The position numbers and the translations under genes were made by a program. The notes below the pieces were generated by a model. That model saw only the letters and a program-made list of their open reading frames with translations. It had not been told where the DNA came from and ran no database searches. This document shows, one piece after another, positions 32,278 through 46,152 of a stretch of 64,000 nt of DNA. The stretch lies in assembly GCF_009914755.1 (NCBI RefSeq), contig NC_060945.1, one strand, 5' to 3'. The DNA comes from the human T2T-CHM13v2.0 reference genome, Homo sapiens. The stretch's first letter is position 1. Every line of letters starts with the position of its first letter.

Positions 32278-32985
32278 ATGAAGACCTTTCTGTGGTTAAA
32301 AGGATTCTTTCTTCTCCGTTTCTTCATATGGACCTGTGCTGGGGATTGGTCAGCTGTTCAAGTGCAATGCACTCAGTTTTGGTTCTGTGCCAGGATTAAA
32401 CCTACGATATTTCACATTTCATATATAAACCCCGATGAAGTGTTTCTAGGAGATGGCTACCTCATAACCTATATTTTGCCAAATGTTTACTATGAATTTC
32501 ACCACCATCCTCTTGAAGGTGGTATTGTAACTAAAACTCTTCAGGACATTCTACTTAAAACTAAAATCACGTATATCTCAAGAAACTCCTTTCTGATTTG
32601 AAATGCCTCTGTCATGTATTGTCTGCAATCAGCATCCTCTTTCAAAGAAAGTAGAAAAGACACATGAGGAAACTGATAGTGTTACTGCATGGGAGACAGA
32701 GGTGAGGATACACATGGCGGATGAAAACATGGAAGTTATTTCTACAGCACGATCTTGTAAGTGTCTGACTGCTATGCTCCCTTGTATATCAAATGATGTA
32801 CCTTTATTGCAAGAGAAGAGAGTCCGCTGTTTACCTTGACATTGAGAGGCAATTTTGAATCTCTGTCGTGATTGCTTAGGACTGAGGATTTAATGTGCTA
32901 TTTTGTGGAAATCTTAGAAGCAGTAATGGGATTTAATGATCTTAACTATCATCCATCTGAAAAATCTAACGCGATTTTAAATAAA
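32278..32985 (+). pseudogene. OOSP1P: OOSP1 (oocyte-secreted protein 1, PLAC1/ZP-N family) processed pseudogene
   Basis: MKTFLWLKGFFLLRFFIWTCAGDWSAVQVQCTQFWFCARIKPTIF...NPDEVFLGDG...LPNVYYEF matches OOSP1 as recalled; intronless; frameshift at ~32590 before MPLSC; AATAAA at ~32979. Confidence 0.85.
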
Positions 32986-33279
32986 ATGGCCGGCTGCTTC
33001 CACCGTTCCCTTTTTAAACCAGGAGCTGCCGTTGCTTTTAACATTATGAAGTTGAATCTATGAATAGTTTGTACTATTAACATTTTTTTAAAAATCCACA
33101 TTGACTTGAAGTGTACAGGCAGAGTTGAAAATCATAACATCCAAAGTTACAATACATAAGTAAAACCCAAAATAAAATCAACTGCTGCCCTGGAACCTAT
33201 TATAAATAATCGAGACAGTAATATGGAATTGTAAAGAAAAATAAGAAACATATTTACTCATAAAATCTTGCAAGCAAAG

Positions 33280-35318
<2,039 letters not shown>

Positions 35319-35339
35319 GACCAGCCAAGACTTTTACTT

Positions 35340-37900
35340 TATAAAGATATTTATGATGTTTTCTTTTCTTTTTACAGTATGTATTGCATTTATAATTGGA
35401 GATACAAAAAAAGGTGACTGTTACTGTTTGACAGCAAGGCAGTAGTATTATCTTCATCAATATTTGCAACTTCATTCACAGGAACCTGTAAGAGAAAGCC
35501 CAGACAAAACTTTAAGGCAAAGAAGTTACACTTGTAAAAAATGAGAGGACTATTTTTTTATAATAACAAATATTCCAGGTGAGGACTGGTCAGGATCTAC
35601 CACTGCTCCATCTCACTTGATAAGTCTCATGCCTGCCAGGGTAAGAAGGAGCAGAGAGAAGGACAAATGCCAGTGAGTTTCCTCTCCCACTAAGGATCTG
35701 TTTGTCAAGTTTCCTACCATCAAGTGGAAGATGTACTAAAAATAAAATGTACCCTTGCAGATGCTAGCAGAGAGGCACAAAATAGAAAAGGAGGTAAGCC
35801 CACACATTGTGGAGAAAGAGATCCAACTTAAGATTCAAAATGCACCAGAAAGCTGTGTAAAGTTAATAAAATTACTCAAAATCTTGGAACATTTGTTTCC
35901 TCACCTGTAAAATGGGGATCATGTGCCTACTTCACAAGTTGTTTTGACAGTTAAATTCACAGAGATATTTAATAGAGCCTGCTATGGCAAGTGTTCACAT
36001 TAACAAAGTAGTATCAAACTTCAAAATATGGGAAAGGTATTTTGAATAATGTCTATGAGGCCAAGGACAACATGCCCAGCTTCATAATCAATCCCAGCCA
36101 CATTACACTGAGGAGATCTACAGGGCAACTATATTTCTTCAACAAATTCCATTAGAGAGGAAGAGTGTGTAGTCTGAAAACATGACACAAATGTGACCAG
36201 TGTACAGTGACTTAGGTAGTCGGGGGTGGAGTCCCTACATATTCTCTGAATTGCAGTTACACAGTGAGTTCCCAGGAAACAAATGGAATAGAAAAGGTGA
36301 CACAAAATATACTACCATAAATGGGGTGAGCATAGCAGGTTCACAACCACAAATGTAAGCAGGAGACTCAAATCACCAGGAGCACCTAGATCTGTGAACA
36401 GCAGCTTGTGGTGGCATCAGGTTCAACTTTCTGAGACCACCGGTGTGGGCAGTGTCTTTGCAGGCACATACTCGGCAGCAGTGTATCTGAAGACAGATCT
36501 CAAGGCTCTTCTCTTCATTAATTATTAAGATGATAGATGATGGATACCCTCACGTTACAACATCCCCACTAACGCTGTGGACAAGTGAATTCAGAAACCC
36601 CCACCTAAATACACAGTGAAGAGTAGGATGAGAATACTGCAGGATAGGTTAGGAATGCAGGCATTCGACCCCATAGAGTCTATTTAAAATAAGAGAAGGG
36701 CCCTAGTATTGTGCTGTGGTCCTCCTATATATAGTTCTTTATTTTTCCAATTTCATAAAGGCCATACAGTTTTTCTTCCTTTCTTCACAAATGTGCTGAT
36801 GAACCCATGAGTAATTCATCCTGAAGGGGTTAATTCCTCATAAAGTACAGTAACGTGATTCAATTGCTATGATGAGGTTTTTCAGGATTTTTTTATAGTG
36901 TCCCATACTCACCGATCACAAGTGAAAATTATAAGAACATGTAATTTGAACAAAGTATTCTTTTCACATAGAGAAATACACAGGTTTGTACAGATTAGAT
37001 GCATCATCAAAGTTGGTAACATCTGGGAACAAAAGGAACTATCCTGAGGACATAAGGAACTTAGGAACGTCGATTATTAAGAGGCTACCTGCAAGTGGAA
37101 CTTCTGGGTTTTCATTGTCTAGACAGAAAAATTTAACTGATAAGCCCCAGTATATTAAGGTACATCCCCAACGGCTGTGGGGGATCAACTTTCCATCCAA
37201 AGCAGAGATGTAAAACATGAATGACTTCAAATGCGGCTCAAGTGCTCTGCACCTTGAAAGTCATCCCCACAAAGCTGGAGCACCACCTGTTCCTGAGGGA
37301 TGAGGTCACCAACTGCTTTTTTGAGACACTCGTCAGTCAGGACTCAGTTGAGATGAGGCTGGTGATTTCAACTGTAAAATATCTAAACCATCGTCTTTAG
37401 GTAGATTCTTATGCCTGGGAATTGTGGTTTTCTCCTCTGCTGTTAGCAGATCCTGAGTAACCCAAGAAATACCCGCTCTCACCCGTCAAGTTCTATATCA
37501 CAAGAAAGGCGCTGCAGACGGTGACATTTTCACGAAGGAGCCACAGCCCGCATCACCCCCTGAAAGCTCTGAAGTTGCGCACGGGTGGGTCACGCAGCAG
37601 GTGGATGTCTCAGTTCCCATAGAGTTTAGCAGAGCAGGCGGCTCCCTGGGCTGGAAGAGGTGCGATGCTCTGGAAACCCCCCGCGGGTGTGTATGTGAGA
37701 GGACACCGAGATGTTCAGCGGGCTGTTCAGTGAGGACCAGACCCCTCCGATTTGAGCAAGGGAGGTGCACTTCGCAGGGTCACACCGTCCTCATCGCCCA
37801 GCCTAGACCTGCCCCTCAAGTCCTTCTGCGGACTCCCTTGGCGAGGGGGTGGCACAGAATCAGCATGTGGCATCGCTTAGGAAAGGACGAGGTCCACACC
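35340..37900 (-). ncRNA. Candidate spliced lncRNA from the 138-bp array promoter
   Basis: Minus-strand donor ACGG|GTGAGA at 37482; exon 37022-36913 (TTCCTTTTGTTCCCAG| ... |GTGAGT); acceptor CTTTCTCTTACAG| at 35486. Splice signals only, no expression data. Confidence 0.4.
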
Positions 37901-39110
37901 GCCCTGTCCCTCCCTCCAGGGCTGCGCACCACGGGGGAGGACAGACAGCGCATGCTGGTTTTGTAGTTAGCAGGTCGGCGACCAATGGGCTGGAAACCGT
38001 TAAGACACCAAAACTCCCAGCACTCCTAGCTAGGGACGCGCCTCCCTATCCTTCGTTTCCATACTACACACCGCCCCCAAACCCAGCGCATGCTGAGATT
38101 GTAGTCCGTTAGCCTCGCGACCAATGGGCTGGAAATACTGAAAGGACTATGACTCCCAGGATGCCTTGCGAGGTACCCGCCGTCCCGATCCTTCCTCTAG
38201 GGCTGCGCACCGCCCCCAAGCCCAACGCATGCTGGGATTGTAGTCAGGTAATCCTGGGACCAACTGACTGGAAACTGTTAAGAGACCATAACTCCCAGCA
38301 CGCCTGGCTAAGGACGCACCTCCCTATCCTTCCCTTCAGTGCTACACACCGCCTCGAAGCCCGGTGGCTGCTGGGATTTTAGTCTGCAGGCCGGGGGCCA
38401 TCGCTGGAAACCATTAAGAGACCATAACTCCCAGCATCCCTGGCCAGGGACGCGCCTCTCTATCCTTCCCTCCAGCGTTACACACCGCCCCAATCCCGGT
38501 GCATGCTGGCATTGTAGTTCGGTAGCCTTGCGATCAACGTGCTGGAAACTGTTTAAGGACTATGACTCCCAGGACGCCTTGCGAGGGACCCACCCTGTTG
38601 ACCCTTCCTCCAGGGCTGGGAACCTCCCTTAAGCCCAGCGCATGCTGGGATCATAGTCCGACTGCCGCGACAGAAAGGCTGGGAGTGGATCTGAGACTAC
38701 AGTTCCAACACTACGGGGAAAATTTCATCTTCTCTGAGACTACAGTTCCAACACTGAGGGGATAATTTCATCTTCTCCTCCGCCCCTCCATGTTTCCAGT
38801 GCAATTCCGCCCTGCTGAGGGGAGCCTATCTGTTCCCAAACTTCTGCGTGCGAGGAGACAGCGTGGCCAGGGCAGGTGGTCTCACTTGTAATTGTGACAC
38901 AGTCTCCCCACGTGCCACTTGTACGACTATTTGTCCCTGAAGTTTGATTTCTCTCTGACAAGACAGAGCCCGGGAGCCTCCAACAGCCTGCCCAGCGTTG
39001 CCGTAAAGCTTGCTCTCGGGGACCTGGGCGCGCCCAGACCTTTGCAGGGCCCCTCCCTCAGCCCCGACCCTTCTCCTCGCCCCTCCCCTGCCACGCCCCT
39101 TTCGACATGC
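37480..39110. promoter_or_regulatory. CpG-rich promoter-like region
   Basis: Marked GC/CpG enrichment relative to flanks; CCAAT boxes, GC boxes and repeated ACTAYRnnTCCCAG motifs. Confidence 0.6.
37860..38715. repeat. ~138-bp tandem repeat, ~6 units (ACRO1/ACRO138-like)
   Basis: GGAAAC..TTAAG.GAC.AT.ACTCCCAG recurs at ~37992, 38131, 38270, 38406 and 38544, and degenerately at 38681 (spacing 136-139 bp). Confidence 0.85.
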
Positions 39111-40169
39111 TGGAAAGTCATCTACCTTTAATAACAGTCATCTTTGCAAAAAAAAAAAAAAAACTCTGAGAATAACCTATCTCCCATTCTATTTAGTATT
39201 TATTTCCATAGTATCCATAAATAGTAGCAATTAGATATCACAGCAAGTCAAGCAAAAGCCCTGCTTTGCCTGTTTCATAAACCACGATATGGCCTTGCTG
39301 TGGTTTTATTTGTATTTTGTTTTGTATTTATTGACCTTTTGGATATAAATATTTAGGTATTTGGACAGTTTTTGGAAGTATTCCGCTATTAGTTGTTGAT
39401 TTACTTTTGTTCCCTATTTAATATTTTTTGTCTCTCCCTTCTCCTTAGACTCAGTCATTCCACAGGTCTCGAGAGCTCTGTTCATTTCCTTTAAACTTTT
39501 TGTACTTTTTTTTTTCCAGACTGGATAATTTCTATTGCTGTGTCTTCTGTTTTAAATCTATGGCTAAACTCAAAAGATTTTTTTCATTTCCTTATCTATA
39601 ATTTTTTTATATATATGTTCATTTCTCTGCTGAAGTTCCACATCTGTTTGTTTATGAATAGAATATTTTCTTTTTTCCCCATGAACATATTCATAAAAAC
39701 TGCCTTCAAATTCTTGTCTGCTGATTGCAACATCCTGGGATAGCTTCTACTGCCTGCTTTTGATATTGTGTATGGATGACATTTTCACGTTTCTTTACAA
39801 GTCTTATGAATTTTAAAATTGTGCACTAGAAACTATAAATGATAATTATAGAATAGAAACTCTGGATTTTGTTGTTTTACCTTGAAGACTTTTGTTTTAT
39901 AAACAGGGTTCATTGGGCTAGTGTCAAACCAATGCTTGTGTCCGCTACAGTGGGTATAGCTGAAATCTTCATTCAGTTGTTAAACACACATATCATATAT
40001 GTATTATGCATAGGCGTTTTTCTATAATAATATATTTTATTCAAGTTTCATCATTGTTATTTGTGAGAGTTCAACAAGCTAGTCCACACTTAGTGGAAGT
40101 CAGAACCTCAGTTTTATTTGATTGTAGCATTTTATATAAAAAAATTATATAGTATGTATACTTGTACAT

Positions 40170-40455
40170 CTGTTTTCTTTATTTCTTTTTCTGTTTTCTT
40201 TCTTTCTTTCCTTTTCTGTCTTCTTTCTTTCTCTCTTTCTTTCCTTCTTTCTTTCTCTCTTCTTTTTTCTTTCTTTCTTTTCCCCAGGTTGGTGTGCAGT
40301 GGCATGATCTCACTGCAACCTCTGCCTACCAGGCTTAAGATATCCTTCCACTTCAGCCTTTTGAGTCACTGGGACCGCAGCCTTGCACCACCATGCCCGG
40401 CTAATTGTTTTGTATTTTCGGTAGAGACAGGGTTTCACCATGTTGCCCAAACTGG
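40170..40455 (-). mobile_element. AluJ with (CTTT)n tail
   Basis: Reverse Alu preceded by a pyrimidine-rich tract. Confidence 0.8.
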
Positions 40456-41149
40456 CATGTCTGCTTTCTTTTATGCAACATTACATTTGTGATATTCACC
40501 CACCAGTTGCAAATAGCTATAGTCTGTTCATTTTAGAAAGTAGTTTTTACCTTTTAGTAAAATATAAAAATACATGAAATTAACCATTTTATTATTTTTT
40601 TTGTGTGCAGTTTAAAGAAATTAAATACATTCAGATTGTTTTGCAACCATTGTCCAAGTTCATAAGGAACTGTTTTTCAATCTTTTAAAAGTGAAACTCT
40701 GTACCCAGTAAACAACACTCCCCTTCCATTGCCCTTTGTGTAGTCCCTGGAAACTACTCTTCTACTTCGTGTTTCTATGAACTTAACTGCTGTAAATATC
40801 TCATATGAGTGGAAAGAGACAATATAACAAAAAAATCATGAGGAAGAATAATATATACTATATAACATATGTTTATCCATTTTAAGAAAAATGCTAGCAG
40901 AGATCAGGTCATGGTGATTATAGAGAAAGGTAGGTAACAGTGAAAAGGGGATTGGTTGCATTAAATTTACGACGTGATGCCTCAAGTGCCAGAGCAGTGA
41001 GCTTTCTGCCCCACTCGCAGGGCTGGTCAATGGTGTGGCTGGAACCCTACTCGAGCTGCCTGACTGCCAGAGCCCATGCTTAGTACAAACTTCAATGAGC
41101 CATGAAAGCAATTCCAACAACAGGCACTTAATGGCTCTGAGATTTTATC

Positions 41150-42810
41150 ACAGCCTGTTCTTCATGGCTAGCAACTTCAGAGAAGAGTGACAGCTGTGAG
41201 GTTCCAGAAGCCACACCTCAGGTCCCCCAGTTCCTCCCCAGCAGCTGGAGTCCAGGTGCAACAGGACCTGATGCTGGCCAGGGAACCCTGGCCACAGGCT
41301 GTGTGAGGCTGGCGGCAAGACAGTCTCCCCTCCTACCCTCTGCTCATCTGCTAGGTCTTTGCCTTTTATTCTGATTGTGCTGCTCCAGGCTTGGAACCAA
41401 GCCCGAAATTCCTCTTGAGTCTGAAGATGATGATGGTTTCCAGCTGTGTGGAACTGCTGCATCTCCTGGAGGACTTTAATCTTCTGGAGACAGAGGGAAA
41501 GACAGGATGCTGACAGGGCCTGGGTGAAAGACTCTGTAGGGGCCTTATAAAAGAAGGGAGGAGGGCTGGTCTCTGAGGTGTTTCTTTTAAGGGGCTCTCA
41601 CCTCCCCTCCAATATCATGCAGCCCTAACTGGTTCTCAGAGTTGAATGTAAACGGCTCTTCCTCTAGGAAGTTGTCATCAACTTCACTCCCCTGATTGCA
41701 CCCTGCATTAGGATAGGTCTCCTCCTTCTCTGTGTATTACTCCCTTTCAATAAATCTTAGATGCGGAAGAAGGGACCAGGGAATGTCCTGCCCAGGGTGA
41801 TTTCTCATTTCCACCTCCACCCTCCCTAAAAGTGAGGACTTCAGCTACTGCTCACCTTTCTGTTTTTCTGGGTTTTGATCACATTTCTCTGGAAGACAGA
41901 AAGCCAAAGACCATCAGAAAGGTCCGCTGGTCCATAACTAGCCTCCATTTCCAGCGATTTCCAAGCTTCACCACCACCAGAGCCACCAGGGTCAGGGAAT
42001 GTGCACAAAAGAGGTCTTGCAGCTCTGCAGCTTCACTACTCAGGGAGTGGGACTGATGGCTGCTGTGGAGCCTCCATCACTCATGAGTAAAATACCCTGT
42101 TTACGGGATGGGGAGGGCTGCGAGGCCCTCGCAAAAAATTTTGGCAAGGACTGAGATCTAGGAGCTCAGTTCAAGACTCTCTTCTCCCAGGCCTCAGGAT
42201 CCTGGTCCCTGACCTGTCTGCTCCAGGCTCACTCACATCCACACACTCCTTCATGGCAATGTCCAGCATCACCACATCAGTGAGGAATGTCCCCAGAGAG
42301 GGCATGACTTGGGAGGTGCCCACCCAAGTCCTGTCCGCTGAACTCTTATAAACCCCTGCCTCCTGGCGCCCTCTACCTAGGTTACCCACTTGGAGTAGCT
42401 GAGAACCCTCAGCTGCCTTTTCCCAATTCTCTATGTCTTCCCATTAGCTGGCCTCTATTGCCACCAACCTCACCATAATTACCTCCTTGGTGGGATTTTA
42501 ACAAGCCACAAGGTCATGTGGTCCCTGGCTCCACCTGTTTTAAAAGCCACACGGAGCCCAGCTCTCCCAGGCCTTGCTCTGGTCTGTCTAATGAAGGTGT
42601 TTTAGGCACTGCAGCCCCAGGAGAAAAGGGCTGGAGTAGAAAGGCCCTCTGCTTTTTTGATTTGGAGGTTTCCAGCTGGGAGAAGTAAGCTCTGTTCTCT
42701 GAAACCCTGGAGCCCTTCCCCATCACAGGCACATTCACCTTCTGCTGTCACAGCCTCACCTAAGCTCTCTGGGGCTCCGCTACAGGGTAGACAACTTGTA
42801 CGGTGTTCAC
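41150..42810 (-). pseudogene. Unprocessed RALGDS/RGL4-like (RasGEF) pseudogene fragment
   Basis: Exons 42810-42739 (KLSTL*RS..PQRA*VRL*QQK), ~42308-42237 (VMPSLGTFLTDVVMLDIAMKECVD|gtgagt) and 41483-41363 (KIKVLQEMQQFHTAGNHHHLQTQEEFRAWF) lie in RalGDS-family order with splice sites. Confidence 0.8.
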
Positions 42811-43437
42811 CTGCTAGGATGAGGGACAAGGTCAGTGAAAATATGCTTCTTTCAGTTACGCCTCAGCCACACTAACCTTGGACACGGATAAGTGGCCTGA
42901 GTCAGCTTGTCCAATGCTCTGACCATCTCCAGTGAGCTCTGACTCTAGACTCACTCCCACGTCCAACACTCCCTGGATGTGTCATTTTGGGCATGCAGTT
43001 GGGTTTCCCTGAGCTGTTTCCTCAACTGGAAAGTGTGGTGGGAACCAACTACCTCACAAGGCCTCTTACCACCTCGGTTTCATGTGGTTGTCATGATTGC
43101 TGTCACCATCATCCCTCTCAGGATGAGCCAGACACAAGCACCCTCAGATTCTCTGTCTCCCTGAGCCCCATCACCACCTTGTGAGGCCTGCCCAACAGGC
43201 TCATCATTCCTAAATTTTCCACATAAGAAAACAGAGGCCCAAAGCGGCAATGACATGCCAAGGACCCCACAAGAGAGGCCAGCTCCTCCCTCAACCTGGA
43301 GGGACTGTCCCGGCTGCCTTCACCTAACACCCTAGCATCATCACTGACCAGCATTCCATCTTCTAAACTCTATGAGTGACAATATTCCCAGCCAGGCCCT
43401 GTGGCAGTGGACATGGTTCTGAGAATTGGGAATCTAA

Positions 43438-44000
43438 TGTGGAGGAAAAGTTAAATATTTAATATGAACTCAATTGAACATGGGCACAAACAATGGTCAC
43501 GAAGTCCTGGAACAGGTTGCATGAGCCCCTTGAGGTGTTCATCCAGCGCTGTTTCAGAGAAATCTTTCAATCCATTCCTATACATTAGTTATTGAAAAAA
43601 CAACAGACAATTGCAAAAACAAGTTGATCTTTTGTGTTCCTTGAGCCCAGTTGTGAAGGGCACCTGTGACTGCGCCTCATGCCAAACAACACATTACAAA
43701 AAGAGCTAGGGTCCCAGACTGTGCTGAAGTTTCATGAGACCTCTCCTCATCTGTGCATGGACACGTGGCTGACTCTGGAGCCCAGGCTGTTGCTTCCCAG
43801 TCTGGTAATGAATCCTCCATAGTCTGGTGCGTGTAAATATACATATATATATTTTCTTTCTGTCCTTCCCATTGCAATTTGCTTATTATATTATTTGCTT
43901 ATCAAGTCTGTATTGCCATACACTTGGGATAAAGGCTATTTATCCTTAAAACTATTGTGGGTGCCTTTTCTTTTCCCCTCGTTCATTTCCCGCACCGGAG
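43438..44000 (+). mobile_element. Solo LTR (LTR66-like)
   Basis: Starts TGTGGAGGAAAAGTTAAATAT; homologous to the proviral LTRs; no clear TSD. Confidence 0.85.
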
Positions 44001-45404
44001 CCCAGGTGATGGAATCTCGAAGTGACCTCACTTCCTTAGTTACAAACTCAAAGAAAGTTTAGAACTCTGGTAACCTGGAGCCCTAATTCTAGAGACAGCT
44101 TTGTATTTACTAAGGAGACTCTGAAGACAGCAAGATGTTCTCCTGCTATGTCTTGAATTTCTGAGGCTCTCATCTCAGGAAGGCTTGAACAGAGAGACTT
44201 TTTTTTATGATGGAGACAGTGCTCATTCTGCACTGCTGGCTCTTCTGGCCATTTGGAAAGGGTTACCCATAGATAACACAAGGCCACCCATGGCAGGCCT
44301 ATCCAGGCCAGGCCTCACCTTTGATATCATCTCGGCAGGCACACACCCCTCCTCATCTCCACGTCTCGTGGGAAAGAAAGAGATAATGGGTCCTTTCTTG
44401 ACAGGAGCAGGTTTCCAGGTATTGGGAGGCTAAAAGCCTGTCAAATTTATACCGCAGGTTACAGTTGGCAGGAGGGGAAGGTGAGTGCTGGGGGTCACCT
44501 TTGTTTGTTCAGACATTTATTCTAAGGCTTCAAGCTGTCCTCTTGTTTTCTCCCTGGCTGGAGGTCTGCGCAAATGCTCCTATGTGCCTGATCTGGGGAG
44601 TAGACTTTCTAACTGGAATTTCCCCTGTGGGGAAAGCCAGGATGCCATTGATGCCTCTTGGCCAGGCTTCCAGGCACTCTCTTTGCAGAACTCTATTGAG
44701 GAGATCCCTGAGGAGCTGTTTGATGAGTCCAACTACTCCATCTCATTGAACAAAAGGCAGGTGCATCATGCCAACAACCATGGCCCGTGCTAGTCTGGAG
44801 TCAAGGTGGGCACAGAGAGGTCTCCAAATGGAAAAGACCAGGGAAGCCCAGGACCCTGACCCAAATGTGAGGATTCCCCAGAAACCGTTTTAGGGCTTTC
44901 TCCATTAAGGACCCACAGTTCCTTCCCAGAGGAATTTGGCCTCCATTAGTCCATAATGGCAACTTAGGTGCACAGTCCCCGGTCATATGCTTGCAGGAAT
45001 GTCAAAAGAAACACTTTTGTGTTGTTATTACTTTACATTAAGTTGTGAGTATCTTTGCATTTTGCTATTATTTTTATTGTTATATCTACCTACCCCACAT
45101 ACTTCCTGGAGCAGGCAGCTTCGCTGCCTTGCCAGACCTTCTCTAAGTCTTAGAAGTTCACACTGTTACTAGAGAGAGGTTTCACCCAAAAAGTGGGAGT
45201 TATGCAAAAGGGTCTTATATGACTCTTTACATACGTGTCCCAGAGCCCACCTCTATAGCCCCATCAGGACAGGAGCTGTGTCCTCATATGTCTTTATAAG
45301 ATTCCATAAGTGGGGCCTTTCCCTCAGTAATTTAGGCTTTTAATACTGGTGGAGCCTGACACAATAAATTCTATTTCCACTTCAGGCATGCTACAGGGAA
45401 TATC

Positions 45405-45729
45405 TTTTTTTTTTTTTTTTTTTTTTTTTTGAGACGGAGTCTCGCTCTGTCGCCCAGGTGGGAGTGCAGTGGTGCAGTCTCGGCTCACTGCACTCTGCCT
45501 CCTGGGTTCACGCCATCTTCCTGCTTCAGCCTCCTGAGTAGCTGGGACTACAGGCGCCTGTCACCACGCCCGGCTAATTTTTTTTCTCTGTGTGTGTGTG
45601 GTTTTTTTTTTAGTAGAGACAGAGTTTCACCGTGTTAGCTAGGATGGTCTCGATCTCCTGACCTCGTGATCCACTCGCCTCGGCCTCCCAAAGTGCTAGG
45701 ATTACAGGTGTAAGCCACCGCGCCCAGCC
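45405..45729 (-). mobile_element. AluY
   Basis: TSD GCTACAGGGAATATCTT / GCTACAGGGAACATCTT. Confidence 0.95.
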
Positions 45730-45764
45730 GCTACAGGGAACATCTTATCTGTGTCCTAATAGGC

Positions 45765-46152
45765 TGTAACGCTTTGCTATGACTTCCCTAATACAGTACC
45801 ACAGGCTGAAGTTCTTTAACAACAAAAACTGAATGTCGCACAATTCTGGAAGTTAGAAATCCAACCTCAAGCTACTGGCTGTGTGGTTTCTCTGAAGTCT
45901 CCATCCTTGGCTTGTAGATCGTCATCTACTATATCTGTGTTCACAAGATCTTCTCTTGTGCTTTTCTGTCCTTCCTGCCTCTTCTAATAAGGGCTCCAGT
46001 CATCTGGAATTAGGATACACCCCAATTAATTCACTTAAACCTAACTACATTTGCAGAGGCTATATGTTCAAATATAGTCATGTTCTGAGGCACTAGGTGT
46101 TAGGACATGAACATATAATTTTTAGGAAGGGAATGCAATCTAGCTCACAACA
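45765..46152 (-). mobile_element. MLT1 (MaLR) LTR
   Basis: Contains CACAATTCTGGAAGTTAGAAATCC and ends GCTCACAACA. Confidence 0.7.

Noticed and set aside
37860-38780. 138-bp array as a CRISPR or tRNA cluster
   Set aside because: Whole units are homologous with no unique spacers; no cloverleaf or A/B boxes seen
44670-44730. LSLQNSIEEIPEELF as a leucine-rich repeat gene
   Set aside because: Single imperfect unit whose first half comes from the polypyrimidine tract; no neighbouring LRRs
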